Below, in pieces: positions 1 to 10,331 of a stretch of DNA of 64,000 nucleotides. The stretch lies in assembly GCA_048938895.1 (NCBI GenBank), contig JBHLLU010000002.1:1-64000 (forward strand), in the 5' to 3' direction. How positions within the stretch are numbered: position 1 is the stretch's first letter; the number at the start of each line of letters is the position of its first letter. The notes under the pieces are model-generated. The model searched no databases and was not told the DNA's origin. It saw nothing but the letters and a program-made list of their open reading frames with translations. This DNA comes from Promethearchaeota archaeon (lineage in GTDB: Archaea > Asgardarchaeota > Lokiarchaeia > Sigyniarchaeales > SOKP01). A program made the position numbers and the translations under genes.

Positions 1-71
1 TTAGTAGCACTTGCTCCTATAACTGCAATACTCTTTGGATCGAAAAAAAATGAGATGTCATTCGAAGTCAT
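1..71 (-). CDS. 5' part of an acyl-CoA synthetase (NDP-forming) / CoA-binding domain protein, truncated by the window edge
   Basis: Manual translation from ATG at 71: MTSNDISFFFDPKSIAVIGASAT..., the typical F-x-P-K-S-I-A-V-I-G-A-S start of ACD alpha subunits. Confidence 0.8.
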   Translation of the reverse strand, partial: MTSNDISFFFDPKSIAVIGASAT

Positions 72-209
72 TTTTGTACCAGAGACGAATAAATGTAAGA
101 AAGGTCTATAAAGTTGTATAAGCATTTTACCTTTTAAAATTTTCATAGATTTAGAACAAACATGTAAAATACTAAAAATTCATAAGAAAAAATAAAAAAA
201 AAAAGAAAA

Positions 210-1013
210 TTAAAGTGTAGTCTTTTTCTGAAAGATTTTTACCCCTAAAAAGATGAATGTCGATGTGAACGCTAAGATAAATAAGAGGCCACTCCAGATA
301 GGAAAAATCGAAGCTTGTGATGTGGGTAAAATAATATTGCCACTATACATCAAATCTGTAAAGAAATCCCCAAGAACAGTTAATTGGAGATAAACCTGTT
401 TTACCCAGTATTGTGGGGTAAAGAATACTCCAGCATTGTCTAATGGGAAAAATGAACCGGATACAAACATTAAACACATATGTGTTAACATGGCAATTCC
501 ATTTGCACCTTCAGTAGAATTAAAAAAACTCGCAATAATAAGGCCCAACCCAATAGAACCAATTCCATAAAGCATAGCAAGTAAATATCCAAGTGGTAGC
601 ATCGCGAGTTCAAAATGGGCTCCTAGAATTCCATAACCAAATGTAAATAATAACACAAGCTGTAGATTCATAAAAATAGTTTCAGAGATCACAGCACCTA
701 AAAATACATTTCCACGACTGACTGGCATTGAATCAATACGTTCTAAAGTTCCATCAACTTTACTCATGGAAAACATAACCGCACTAGTAACTGAAGCCAT
801 ACCTATAGTATATACTACTATTCCAGGAAATTCTACATCAAATACATCTAATCCATTTATCATTGTAGTTTCATCACCGCTAAAGGCTAACTTGTAGACG
901 AGTAACATCATGATTGGAAAGGCAACTGTCCAAAACATCGAACCTAAATTCTTTAATTTTTCTTTAATATTCTTTTTAGCGATATACCATGCTTTTACAT
1001 CAACCGAATACAT
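210..1013 (-). CDS. ABC-2 type exporter permease
   Basis: About 6 hydrophobic segments, FWTVAFP, GTLERI..PVSR and FVSGSFFP motifs; overlaps the ATPase stop by 1 nt. Confidence 0.85.
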   Translation of the reverse strand: MYSVDVKAWYIAKKNIKEKLKNLGSMFWTVAFPIMMLLVYKLAFSGDETTMINGLDVFDVEFPGIVVYTIGMASVTSAVMFSMSKVDGTLERIDSMPVSRGNVFLGAVISETIFMNLQLVLLFTFGYGILGAHFELAMLPLGYLLAMLYGIGSIGLGLIIASFFNSTEGANGIAMLTHMCLMFVSGSFFPLDNAGVFFTPQYWVKQVYLQLTVLGDFFTDLMYSGNIILPTSQASIFPIWSGLLFILAFTSTFIFLGVKIFQKKTTL

Positions 1014-2068
1014 TAATCTCGCAACCCCCTGCCAGTTAATTTTAAGAATATATCTTCAAGCGAATCTTCTCTAAAATGTAGAGCTTTAAAAGATTCAATT
1101 TTCTGTAAAATTTTATTTTTAAAAGTGTCAATTCCCCCAGTAAAAGAGACGACTAACTTATTATGTTGCATTTCTTTAATGCTCTTAACATTTACGATTT
1201 GTTCTAATTCATCTTTTGCTTGAATAAGTACCTTTTTTGAAGAAAAACTAAACTCAATAATATTACCATTACTCATACTACTTTTTAGCTCATCTAAAGT
1301 TCCAAATGCAATAACCTTACCTTGATCCATGATAGCAATATGATCGCTTAATGAATCTGCTTCAATCATATCATGGGTAGTAAGAATAATTGTCATTCCT
1401 GTGGTTTTAAGTTCTTTAATAAAGTCCCAGACCAATCTTCGTGCTTGAGGATCTAGTCCCGCTGTTGGTTCATCAAGAAACAAGATCTCTGGTTCATTAA
1501 TAAGGCTCATTACTAGAGTCAAACGTCGTTTCATCCCGCCCGAAAATGATTTCACAGGTTTTTTTCGTCCTGCTATATTCATTTTCTCCAATAAAACCTT
1601 CATACGTTCTTTAATAACAGCAGAATCCATTCCATGCATACGCCCAACAAATTCTACATTATCTTCTGCTCTTAAAGCCCCAAAAACTACATTTTCTTGA
1701 GGGCATACACCGATAAGTGGTTTTATCTTATTTTTTTCTTTTATTAGGCTATATTCACTGATTCTTGCATTTCCACTTGTAGGTTTTAATACTGTAGTTA
1801 ACATTCTGATGGTGGTAGATTTTCCAGCTCCGTTAGGACCTAATAATGAAAATAGCTCACCCCTTCGAATTTTAAAGCTAATTCCATCTACTGCTCTAAC
1901 ATCATCAAATGTCTTCTTTAAATCTTGAACTTCTATGATATAGTCATTTGAGTATGTCTTATTATCGATTTGATTAGTTTCCAAATAAATTTTTTGTGTT
2001 TCTTTTTTTAATGATACATTCATAATTAATATCAAATCGAGGTTGTATAAGTTTCTTTTATAGACCAA
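1013..2068 (-). CDS. ABC exporter ATP-binding protein (DrrA/NodI-like); real start may be ATG at 2023
   Basis: Walker A GPNGAGKST, signature FSGGM, Walker B LFLDEPT, H-loop TTH, C-terminal SLEDIFLKLTGRGLRD. Confidence 0.93.
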   Translation of the reverse strand: MVYKRNLYNLDLILIMNVSLKKETQKIYLETNQIDNKTYSNDYIIEVQDLKKTFDDVRAVDGISFKIRRGELFSLLGPNGAGKSTTIRMLTTVLKPTSGNARISEYSLIKEKNKIKPLIGVCPQENVVFGALRAEDNVEFVGRMHGMDSAVIKERMKVLLEKMNIAGRKKPVKSFSGGMKRRLTLVMSLINEPEILFLDEPTAGLDPQARRLVWDFIKELKTTGMTIILTTHDMIEADSLSDHIAIMDQGKVIAFGTLDELKSSMSNGNIIEFSFSSKKVLIQAKDELEQIVNVKSIKEMQHNKLVVSFTGGIDTFKNKILQKIESFKALHFREDSLEDIFLKLTGRGLRD

Positions 2069-2118
2069 TTTTTGTGATAGCCATGGCTCTTAAAAAAAAG
2101 TGAAAAGCATAAAAATAT

Positions 2119-2616
2119 GTGAACCTTTTTTGTTGTATGACTAAAATTGAAATGATTACAAACAAAGGTGTAATTCATTTAAATCTCTTTGATAAGGATG
2201 CGCCGATGACTGTAGCCAGTTTCTTGTTTTTAGCTAAGCAGGGTTACTATAACGGTCTTAAATTTCATCGGGTTATACCAGACTTTATGATACAAGGAGG
2301 ATGTCCTTCAGGAACAGGATATCATGGACCTACCCAGAAAGGAATTGCTTCATTCCCATTTCAAGGAAAAAATATACCCTATCCTTTTGAGGATGAATTC
2401 CAATCCGGGAGAAAATTTAATAAACCAGGAATTTTAGCAATGGCAAATGCTGGTAAAAATACAAACGGTTCTCAATTATTCATTACTCACGTTTCCACAC
2501 CCCATTTAAATAATAAACACACTATATTTGGGGAAGTCATTGACCCTATCGCAGACCAGAAAGTTGTTAACTCAATTGTTCAAGGAGACACCATAATAGA
2601 AATTAAAATTTTATAA
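2119..2616 (+). CDS. ppiA: Cyclophilin-type peptidyl-prolyl isomerase (start probably ATG 2137)
   Basis: FHRVIPDFMIQGG, LAMANAG.NTNGSQLFI and HTIFG motifs. Confidence 0.95.
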   Translation: MNLFCCMTKIEMITNKGVIHLNLFDKDAPMTVASFLFLAKQGYYNGLKFHRVIPDFMIQGGCPSGTGYHGPTQKGIASFPFQGKNIPYPFEDEFQSGRKFNKPGILAMANAGKNTNGSQLFITHVSTPHLNNKHTIFGEVIDPIADQKVVNSIVQGDTIIEIKIL

Positions 2617-2770
2617 ATAACCCTATATACTTCTTTTTTTTTGAAAGGAAACATTATCTTTGGTATAAATACTTCAATAATGATACTAAAAGTTTTTAGT
2701 ATTTAACAACATTAATATATTTGAGAAAACAAATTTAATACTTATATTATTCTCGTTAGATGTCACAGTT

Positions 2771-4321
2771 ATGGATGAAGATCTAAAGGATTTAATCGAT
2801 ACAGTTGAACTAGAAACTAAGACACGAGCTCAATTGGAAGCTCAAATCAACTCAATGAAGGAAGAAATAAAACGTTTGAAGTTCACGATAAAAGAACAAC
2901 AATTATTAATCGAAGAGCAAGGGGACCAAATAAGTTTCGCACAAAGTGATTTACCCAGCGAAATTAATATACTGAAAGAACTAATCACATCTCAAAGGAA
3001 AGATTTAATAAAAAGAGATGATAATATTGAGCGATTAAATAAAAAGATCGATGAAATAACAACTCAAATGGAATATGCGAAGGATCCTTCATTAGAAATT
3101 CAAAAAAATGATCTGAATGAAGCTCAAGAATTAATATTAAAATTATCGCAAGAAAGTGAAGATTATAGAAACCAGATTGAGATTTTAAAAAATCAAGTTG
3201 AAAACTTAGAAAACGAAAAAGCTACATTAAATGAAACAAATATAGCTCAAACTGAAGAAAATGAAGAAATGGTGAATATCAAACGTCTTAATTTTCAATT
3301 AATGGAGCAAAATGGTCTTTTACGTGTAGAAATAGAATCTCTAAAATCAAAATTAAATAATAAGATTAAAGAAGCAAGCTCTGAAGAGTTGATTTTAGCT
3401 AACGAGAAAATTAAAGAATTAAGTTCAGAACTCATATTATTAAAAACCCAAATTCAAGAACAAGCTGAAAATGAAAGTTCAGAAGAACTAGAAGTCGCAA
3501 ATAAGAAAATTGAAGATCTCATCTCACAGATTCAGGATTATAATGCTCAATTAGCCTTCTTACAAAAGGAACTAGAAAAAACCAGTGAAGTTCCAGTAAT
3601 CTCCACTGAAGAAGCACTAGAATTTGCTGAACTCAGGGAAGAATATGATAAAATTAAATCTGAACTAGAACAATATCAGAAAGAAAATGAAGAACTCAGC
3701 GAATTATTATTGGAAAAAGAAGAATCTGAGATTCAACTAGAAGAATTTCAGGGAGAGAGCGAAAAGATTACTGAACCAGCTACAATCTCCACAGAAGATG
3801 CATTACGTTTTGCGGAATTAGAAGAAGATTATCAACAATTAAAATCAGATCTACAAGAATTTCAAGAAAAGAATGAATATTTAAACAGCAAGATAATAGA
3901 ACTAGAAAAAAGCCAACCATATCTTACCGAAAAGGATACGACTACTCATAGCATTGCCTACGATTTTCCAAACCACTTCCAATTTTCTCTCTTTAAAAGA
4001 ATGTATAAGCTATTAGATGATTCTAACAAAGAAATAGTAATTAATACTCTGATTAATGATCTAAATAGCAATAATAATGATATAAAGATAAATGCAATTA
4101 GAATTTTAAGTGAAATAAAAGACAAAAAGGTCTATGAGACATTTCTAAAATTAATCCATGATGAGGATTGGTTAACTAGATATAATCTTATTAAAGCTCT
4201 ACGTAAATTTAATTTTGAAACTGAAGAATTTAAGGATTTATTAAAGAAACTTACTAAAGACGCTGATGTAGACGTTCGAGAGCTTGCTGTTAAAATGCTT
4301 AATGAAATCTCTAAACTTTAA
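2771..4321 (+). CDS. Long coiled-coil protein with C-terminal HEAT repeats
   Basis: E/K/Q/L heptad-rich about 380 aa with internal duplications; C-terminus NAIRILSEI, DEDWLTRYNLIKAL, DADVDVRELAV is HEAT-like. Confidence 0.75.
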   Translation: MDEDLKDLIDTVELETKTRAQLEAQINSMKEEIKRLKFTIKEQQLLIEEQGDQISFAQSDLPSEINILKELITSQRKDLIKRDDNIERLNKKIDEITTQMEYAKDPSLEIQKNDLNEAQELILKLSQESEDYRNQIEILKNQVENLENEKATLNETNIAQTEENEEMVNIKRLNFQLMEQNGLLRVEIESLKSKLNNKIKEASSEELILANEKIKELSSELILLKTQIQEQAENESSEELEVANKKIEDLISQIQDYNAQLAFLQKELEKTSEVPVISTEEALEFAELREEYDKIKSELEQYQKENEELSELLLEKEESEIQLEEFQGESEKITEPATISTEDALRFAELEEDYQQLKSDLQEFQEKNEYLNSKIIELEKSQPYLTEKDTTTHSIAYDFPNHFQFSLFKRMYKLLDDSNKEIVINTLINDLNSNNNDIKINAIRILSEIKDKKVYETFLKLIHDEDWLTRYNLIKALRKFNFETEEFKDLLKKLTKDADVDVRELAVKMLNEISKL

Positions 4322-5063
4322 AATCATATTCTTGATTAAGTTTTGATGTTTTCTTTTTCACTTCTCCTCTAGAAAGATGATCCGCCAAAAAAAGAGGTTC
4401 TGGTTGCCTGTGTCCTAAAGATGTAGATAGGCAAATTTCGATAGCAATGTCAATTGTTATTTTATATCCAACACTTATAAAAACTGGTTTAGAACGATCA
4501 TTTAAGCAAACAGCATAACCTAATAAATTGGTTTGACCTTTATTTGCCCATATAGGAGTCATATTACTTTTTTTTCTTTCAATTTTTTTCCATTTTGAAT
4601 AACCTATATATGGATTTTTTGCCACACCTATAGAAGGTATATCTAATGAATATCCTAATTGAACTGCTTCACCAAATTTTCTTGGATGTATTATACCATG
4701 ACCATCACACATTATAAGGTCTGGGGTAGTTGATAATTTTGAGATAGATTTAGCTAACAAACCACATTCTCGAAATCCTAAAAATCCTGGTTTATATGGA
4801 AATCTAACAATATCTTGAGTAAATGATTTTTGTTCAATTAATTTTTTTTTAACGTTCCAAAGAACGGCACAAGCAACGCCGACTTCCATCCTACTGATGT
4901 TATAATACGCTATATCCACTCCAACTACTGATTTAATATCTCCAACAGTAATTTTATTAGATGCCTCTTGTTCACTCTCAATAATTTCCCGATATTTTGA
5001 TTGAAGAAACTTAGCTTCTGCTAATGAATAATCATCTTCCAATAATTTTTCTTTATATAGCAT
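4311..5063 (-). CDS. nfi: Endonuclease V
   Basis: VVGVDIAY, FPYKPGFLGFRE, DGHGIIHPRKFG, PSIGVAK, PVFISVG, RQPEPLFLAD motifs. Confidence 0.95.
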   Translation of the reverse strand: MLYKEKLLEDDYSLAEAKFLQSKYREIIESEQEASNKITVGDIKSVVGVDIAYYNISRMEVGVACAVLWNVKKKLIEQKSFTQDIVRFPYKPGFLGFRECGLLAKSISKLSTTPDLIMCDGHGIIHPRKFGEAVQLGYSLDIPSIGVAKNPYIGYSKWKKIERKKSNMTPIWANKGQTNLLGYAVCLNDRSKPVFISVGYKITIDIAIEICLSTSLGHRQPEPLFLADHLSRGEVKKKTSKLNQEYDFKV

Positions 5064-5274
5064 TTCTGCTGATAACGTCAGTTTTTAAAGATCTAATATT
5101 ATTCATTTTGTTTTACTCTATTTATAGTTTATAATCATATCTGGTATTTACATTCATGCGTAAATGTGGTTCAAAGAGTTATCTTTCTAAATTTTAACCG
5201 TGAAATTCAAATCTAAATAAATCCTAATTGAAATATTATATTTCATTTATTTAAAATAAATTTAAGGTGAAATT

Positions 5275-6078
5275 TTGAAGATTGCTGTTTCTGGTAAAGG
5301 AGGTGTTGGAAAAACTCTTATCTCTGGCACGCTAGCAAGGATGTTTGCAAAAGATGGTTTTAATGTTTTAGCAATTGATAACGATTCTGCGATGAATTTG
5401 AGTTATACTTTGGGAATTGATCAGGAGAGTAAAGAAAAAATTGTCCCCATTTCAGAGATGAAAAATTTAATAGAGGAAAGGACGACAGTGAAAGGTGCTG
5501 GTCCTGGGGTGTATAACATTAATCCTATGGTTTCAGATATTCCTGATAAATATAAAATTACAGGTCCAGACGGTCTAGAGCTTTTAGTCTTAGGATCAAT
5601 AGAAGAACCTGCGACAGGTTGCCTTTGCCCGGAAAATGCTTTAATCAGAACCTTATTACACAATTTATTTGTCAAAAGAGAAGAAGTAATTATTGTTGAC
5701 TTTGAAGCCGGATTAGAACATCTAGGAAGAGGCACCGCAAAGGGTATCGATGTTATGTTGGTTATAACAGAACCCTCCCAAAAATCATTAGATTTATGTA
5801 AAAAAATCATTGATTTATCTAAGAAGCTTGGAGTCATTAATATCTTTTTAATCGCAAATAAAGTAATTGATGACTACCAAAAAGAGATAATTAATAAACG
5901 AATTGAAGATTGGGAAGTACCGCTTTACCATTCTATTCCTTTTGATTCAGAAATAGGAAAAGCGGATCTTAATGGAGAATCTCCTATTGATTTCAATCAA
6001 GAGTCAGAGGGGATTCAATCTATCAATAGTTTGTATCTGAAGCTAAAGCAATTAAAAAAAGAGCTTTTTGATCTGTAG
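5275..6078 (+). CDS. cooC: CooC/AcsF-type nickel-insertion ATPase
   Basis: Deviant Walker A GKGGVGKT, GCLCP nickel motif, DFEAGLEHLGRGTA; SD AAGGTGA before TTG. Confidence 0.9.
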   Translation: MKIAVSGKGGVGKTLISGTLARMFAKDGFNVLAIDNDSAMNLSYTLGIDQESKEKIVPISEMKNLIEERTTVKGAGPGVYNINPMVSDIPDKYKITGPDGLELLVLGSIEEPATGCLCPENALIRTLLHNLFVKREEVIIVDFEAGLEHLGRGTAKGIDVMLVITEPSQKSLDLCKKIIDLSKKLGVINIFLIANKVIDDYQKEIINKRIEDWEVPLYHSIPFDSEIGKADLNGESPIDFNQESEGIQSINSLYLKLKQLKKELFDL

Positions 6079-6222
6079 AGATAGTAATAATTGGGTATTT
6101 ATCTCTCCATATTACACCTTGAGAAATATATATTCTATATAGTCAACAAATATATACCTAATTATTATTTGGTGTATTGGAGATTATCCAAAATTAATAA
6201 AATTAAAGGAAGGGAGGGGATA

Positions 6223-6414
6223 TTGAAGAACTTGAGGAAGAAAGAAAACCTTCTAGTATTAGGAATGTATTTTTTAATTATTGCATTTGTGCTAGAGATG
6301 GCGGGGAATGCAAATCCTGTAGCTAATGTGGTTGTTCTGTTATTCATTGGATTATCGATTTATTCCAATGCTAGATATGTGATTTTGACTTCTATAGAAA
6401 AAAAGAAGAGCTAG
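6223..6414 (+). CDS. Small two-TM membrane protein (ORF track start 6091 likely too far upstream)
   Basis: GGAGGGG then TTG at 6223; two hydrophobic stretches and a basic tail. Confidence 0.55.
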   Translation: MKNLRKKENLLVLGMYFLIIAFVLEMAGNANPVANVVVLLFIGLSIYSNARYVILTSIEKKKS

Positions 6415-6427
6415 CTCAATTTTTTTT

Positions 6428-7444
6428 CTACCACTTAACACCGCAATTAGGACAAAATCTGGGTTTTTCTTTCATTTTTATCCCACAAAAACTACAAATA
6501 AAAATAGATGCTTTTGGTCTATTTTTCTTCTCAGGTTGGTTAAGCTCACCATTTTTCTCAATATTGAGCTTTTCAGTAGAATCTTCATTCAAAAGTGAAA
6601 CATTATTAATATCTGAAATGATACCGCTTATAGAGTCTTCAATTAAACGATTTATTTCCCTTAACTCTTTTGCCTCATTAAACCGATTGGTCATTGTATT
6701 TGGTAATTTACGATATTTCTCTTTTATTAGATTTTCGACGTTTTGAAATATTTTCATTGATTCTTCAAATTGAGACTTTTGCATTAATTCAATACCTGCT
6801 TTTATTTGCTTTTTAACAATATCAGAATATATATCAAGAATTTTATCAATCTCCTTGATTATACGCTTTTTTTCTGCTGTTGGATACATTCTTTCAGCAA
6901 TTTCTAATGCGTTATTTATAATTTCAAAAGCAGCTTCATGAGAATTACTTTTTCTAAGACGGATACCTTCTTCAAGTTGACAATTTATTTGTTTAAGGTA
7001 AATTTCATTCGTTCTTGTTTCTCTCAAATCTTGATCATAAATCTTCATAACTTTAATAACATTGAATGCCTTTTGATATTCTGAAATAGCTTCTTGAATT
7101 TGCCCTTCTGTCTTATAATTATCGCCTTTCTCCAAAATTATAATAAGTTGGTTTAATTGATCTCTGTTTATTCTGTTCTCAACAATTTCTATTTTTTTTT
7201 TGAGCTCACTAATAGATTCGGGGGTATTCTCAGGATTTATTTTTTCCAAACTTATGGCATTCATAAGTAGATCTCTAGCTTCTTCAAAGAGTCCCTTAGA
7301 AAAAGCTTCCTCCGCCCTACTCAATAAAAAAGTTTTCTCCTTTTTAAGTAAAATAATCTCTTTTTCAGTTAAAGGGCCTGTATTTATACCTGATTCTCTA
7401 CCTAGAATTACAAGAGCAATCGCTAGGCGAACGATCCATGCCAT
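6428..7444 (-). CDS. TPR-like helical repeat protein with C-terminal zinc ribbon
   Basis: TPR-like AISEYQKAF and AAFEIINNALEIA helices; CSFCG...CPNCG at the C-terminus. Confidence 0.7.
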   Translation of the reverse strand: MAWIVRLAIALVILGRESGINTGPLTEKEIILLKKEKTFLLSRAEEAFSKGLFEEARDLLMNAISLEKINPENTPESISELKKKIEIVENRINRDQLNQLIIILEKGDNYKTEGQIQEAISEYQKAFNVIKVMKIYDQDLRETRTNEIYLKQINCQLEEGIRLRKSNSHEAAFEIINNALEIAERMYPTAEKKRIIKEIDKILDIYSDIVKKQIKAGIELMQKSQFEESMKIFQNVENLIKEKYRKLPNTMTNRFNEAKELREINRLIEDSISGIISDINNVSLLNEDSTEKLNIEKNGELNQPEKKNRPKASIFICSFCGIKMKEKPRFCPNCGVKW

Positions 7445-7528
7445 AACTAATGCTTATTAGATTACTTATTTAAGAAAAAATTGGTAGTATTAAGATTGTA
7501 TTGATTAAGTGTTATAAAAATATGTGCT

Positions 7529-7771
7529 TTATAATAGATCTGAAAGATCCAAATTTTGCTCTTCAGCAAGCTCTTTCCACTGGTCTATTGCTTCTAAAGC
7601 ATCTTTTTCATCCATCATTTCAATCGCATAACCCGCATGGACAATTACATACTTACCTATCTCTGGATCTTGAATTAACGCAATGATTACTCTTTGTTTA
7701 ATACCATCAAAATCCACTAAGGCGGAATTTCCTTCAATATTCATTATTTTTCCAGGTATAGCCAAACACAT
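7529..7771 (-). CDS. hypC: Hydrogenase assembly chaperone HypC
   Basis: MCLAIPG start and VIVHAGYAI motif. Confidence 0.96.
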   Translation of the reverse strand: MCLAIPGKIMNIEGNSALVDFDGIKQRVIIALIQDPEIGKYVIVHAGYAIEMMDEKDALEAIDQWKELAEEQNLDLSDLL

Positions 7772-7893
7772 ATTAAATCGATTAGGAACTTTATTCTATT
7801 CATAAATGGTAATATAAAAAACCAAATAAAATTATTGGTTCATTTTGAAAATAGAATTTTTAAAATTTAATTTGGGGAATCTAACTCATTTCT

Positions 7894-8694
7894 TTATTCT
7901 CTTCTCGAATAAAAAGCAATTAAGTCATCCAACCAATTAAAAACTTCTTCCTTAGATAAACTGTCAATATTAAATTTTAATCTTTCTAATTCCCGAAGTA
8001 AGTTTTTTATGTCTAAAGGAACGGGATTATGACATAATTCAAACAGGTACTCATTCGTTTTCGTTACCAATGACTTAATATCTAAATCCATTGGGTCAAA
8101 AACACTTTTTTTTGTAATTTCATTAATACTTTTATCTAACTCAACTAATTGATTAATTAAATCAAAAAGACGCCCTGTCTCGTTTCCTTTAAAAGAACTG
8201 TCAACTTGAAAGAAGAAACCCCTATAATCATCAAACGGTATTAATTCATTGTATCGATTATCAATTCTTATTATAGATTTTACATTTTTATAAAGGTTTG
8301 ATGGAGCCCAAGAATATATATCATAACTAGATTCTATTCTTCTATTATGAACAACTAATCTAAATTTATGCTCCTCCTTAAAATAACCGAAAGGGATTAT
8401 AACAAAATCTAAAGAGTTCATCGGTTCTCTATTTAATACATATTTAAGGTCATTTATCATATGGATCTGATCGATTGAATGTTTATACAAATCAAATTTG
8501 ATTTTAGTCGAATGAGGTTTATACATATAAAAAATTATCCCCTCAAAACCTTGCACATCTAATTCAATAGAAAAGGTTATTTGTTCTTGAATTATATTCC
8601 TATTGTTGAACCGTATATTCAAAAACAAATGGTAATAATTTTCTAGATGATGAAAAAACCAAGGAACTTCCCGATTTAGGTTATAGGTCACCAT
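7894..8694 (-). CDS. Hypothetical protein
   Basis: 266-aa ORF, no motif recognised. Confidence 0.55.
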   Translation of the reverse strand: MVTYNLNREVPWFFHHLENYYHLFLNIRFNNRNIIQEQITFSIELDVQGFEGIIFYMYKPHSTKIKFDLYKHSIDQIHMINDLKYVLNREPMNSLDFVIIPFGYFKEEHKFRLVVHNRRIESSYDIYSWAPSNLYKNVKSIIRIDNRYNELIPFDDYRGFFFQVDSSFKGNETGRLFDLINQLVELDKSINEITKKSVFDPMDLDIKSLVTKTNEYLFELCHNPVPLDIKNLLRELERLKFNIDSLSKEEVFNWLDDLIAFYSRRE

Positions 8695-8844
8695 AATTAG
8701 CTCAATTGCAAACTGCAGAAATTATATTCTTATTGTCTAAAACTCCAAAATATTAAAGAAATCTCTATTATTTAAATTTTACAATCTGAAATACAAAAAA
8801 TAGAAAAAATAAAAAAAATAAAATAGAGATTTATTATAGACTAA

Positions 8845-9699
8845 TTATTTCATTCGGACACGATGGAATTTTAATCCAATATCGTCTGGACTACTCCCCA
8901 TTGCTAAAGCATATAATTCTGTCAAATAAAGAACAGGTATACCGTATTCTGTCTCAAATTGTTTAGCTAAATCCCTTTGTCTTGTATCAAATTGTTGAAA
9001 ACATGCAGGACAATTCACTACTATTGCATTTGCTCCTGCAGCTTTAATACTATCCATCTTTTTCTTCAAGTTTGCCATTCCGTGTTCTTCATACGCATTG
9101 GTTACAGCTGAACCGCAACAAAGAGCTATCTCATCATAGTCAACCACTGTTGCACCAGATGCAGCTACAAGCTCTTTTAAATTCTCAGGTCTCAGTGGAT
9201 CATCTGCCTCCATCCATTCAGCAGGTCTCATATAATGACACCCTGGATGACAAGCAACTTTTAGATCACTTTGAGGGTTTGTAATGGCACTTTTAATTTT
9301 ATCGATGCCAACCTCATCTTTTAGCACGTCTACAAAGTGCTTTACATCAATTGATCCTTTAAATTCTTTTCCAATCTTTGCTAATTCGGTATTGACTTTA
9401 TCTTTCCTAAGACTATCATGTTTTAACTGATGTTGTACTCCTCTTAATGTATTAGCACAACCATTACATAATGAAATAATATCTTTCCCCTCTGCTTCTG
9501 CTAAGCAAAGATTTCGAGCTCCTATAGCCAACCAAGCGTCATTATCAAAACTTTTCATCCCTGTTGGATCTGGACAGCATGAAAATGGAGCTTGTGAGGT
9601 GTTAATTCCTAGTTTCTCAAAAACTTTTCTTGAAGCAGCTTCAATGAACGGGATTCTATTTCCAATTGTACATCCTTCAAACATTTTATATTCTGTCAT
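8845..9699 (-). CDS. hdrB: Heterodisulfide reductase subunit B
   Basis: Two CCG domains: FEGC..FSCCP..CNGC and HPGCH..LCCGS..NCPACFQQFD. Confidence 0.93.
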   Translation of the reverse strand: MTEYKMFEGCTIGNRIPFIEAASRKVFEKLGINTSQAPFSCCPDPTGMKSFDNDAWLAIGARNLCLAEAEGKDIISLCNGCANTLRGVQHQLKHDSLRKDKVNTELAKIGKEFKGSIDVKHFVDVLKDEVGIDKIKSAITNPQSDLKVACHPGCHYMRPAEWMEADDPLRPENLKELVAASGATVVDYDEIALCCGSAVTNAYEEHGMANLKKKMDSIKAAGANAIVVNCPACFQQFDTRQRDLAKQFETEYGIPVLYLTELYALAMGSSPDDIGLKFHRVRMK

Positions 9700-9716
9700 T
9701 TTTTCTTACCCTCGAA

Positions 9717-10223
9717 TTATTTTAGTTTTTTATCTGAACCAATGTTTTTTAGTAATGTTTGTACTTCAGTAACATTAGGAGCCACAACAGCAGGTAAGCC
9801 TAATTGCTCCCGTCGTCTTTCTATTGCTGGTTGTGAAGGAATTGCTTTAGCATTATCGAATATTGCTTGTGCTTGTGCATAAATAAAGTCTGGTCCTTTT
9901 CCTAAAGCGATACTTTGATTTTTCAGAAACGTAAAAATCTCGGTAAGCTCTATATTTTGTGGACATACTTCATCACAAGTGTCACATACAGTACAACCCC
10001 AGATCGTTAAATCATCTGCTCCAAGGAGCATGTCTTTATACCCTAATAAAGCTGCTAAAATATTACTTCGGGGATTGTATCCTGTGGTAGTATAAAAATC
10101 CACGGTCACAGCAGTGACTGGACAATTATCAGCACATCTACTACATTGATAGCAATATTTAATTACATCAGGCCCAATATGAAAATCCATAACTTGTTTT
10201 CTAAATTCAAAATTTGTTTCCAT
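9717..10223 (-). CDS. hdrC: Heterodisulfide reductase subunit C
   Basis: CYQCSRCADNCP and IWGCTVCDTCDEVCPQ ferredoxin motifs; ATG at 10223 (METNFEF) preferred to the TTG at 10286. Confidence 0.92.
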   Translation of the reverse strand: METNFEFRKQVMDFHIGPDVIKYCYQCSRCADNCPVTAVTVDFYTTTGYNPRSNILAALLGYKDMLLGADDLTIWGCTVCDTCDEVCPQNIELTEIFTFLKNQSIALGKGPDFIYAQAQAIFDNAKAIPSQPAIERRREQLGLPAVVAPNVTEVQTLLKNIGSDKKLK

Positions 10224-10268
10224 TTTTTTTCCACTTTTGTTTATTTTGTTTGTAATATTATTTTTGTA

Positions 10269-10330
10269 GGTTTTAACCCCACGCAAGGGGCAGTTATACC
10301 CAATTTTTTATATTTTTATTGGATAATCAT
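10269..10330 (-). promoter_or_regulatory. Candidate SECIS-like hairpin(s) 3' of vhuU
   Basis: Minus strand AUGAU-UAUCCAAU-[A-rich 13-nt loop]-AUUGGGUA-UAAC directly after the stop, overlapping a GC-rich CCCC-UUGCGU-GGGG hairpin; 3' core reads UAAC rather than canonical NGAN. Confidence 0.4.
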
Positions 10331-10331
10331 T

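Noticed and set aside
10224-10286. N-terminal extension of hdrC in the ORF track (MRGVKTYKNN...)
   Set aside because: Low-complexity A-rich translation overlapping the intergenic hairpin; ATG at 10223 fits HdrC better
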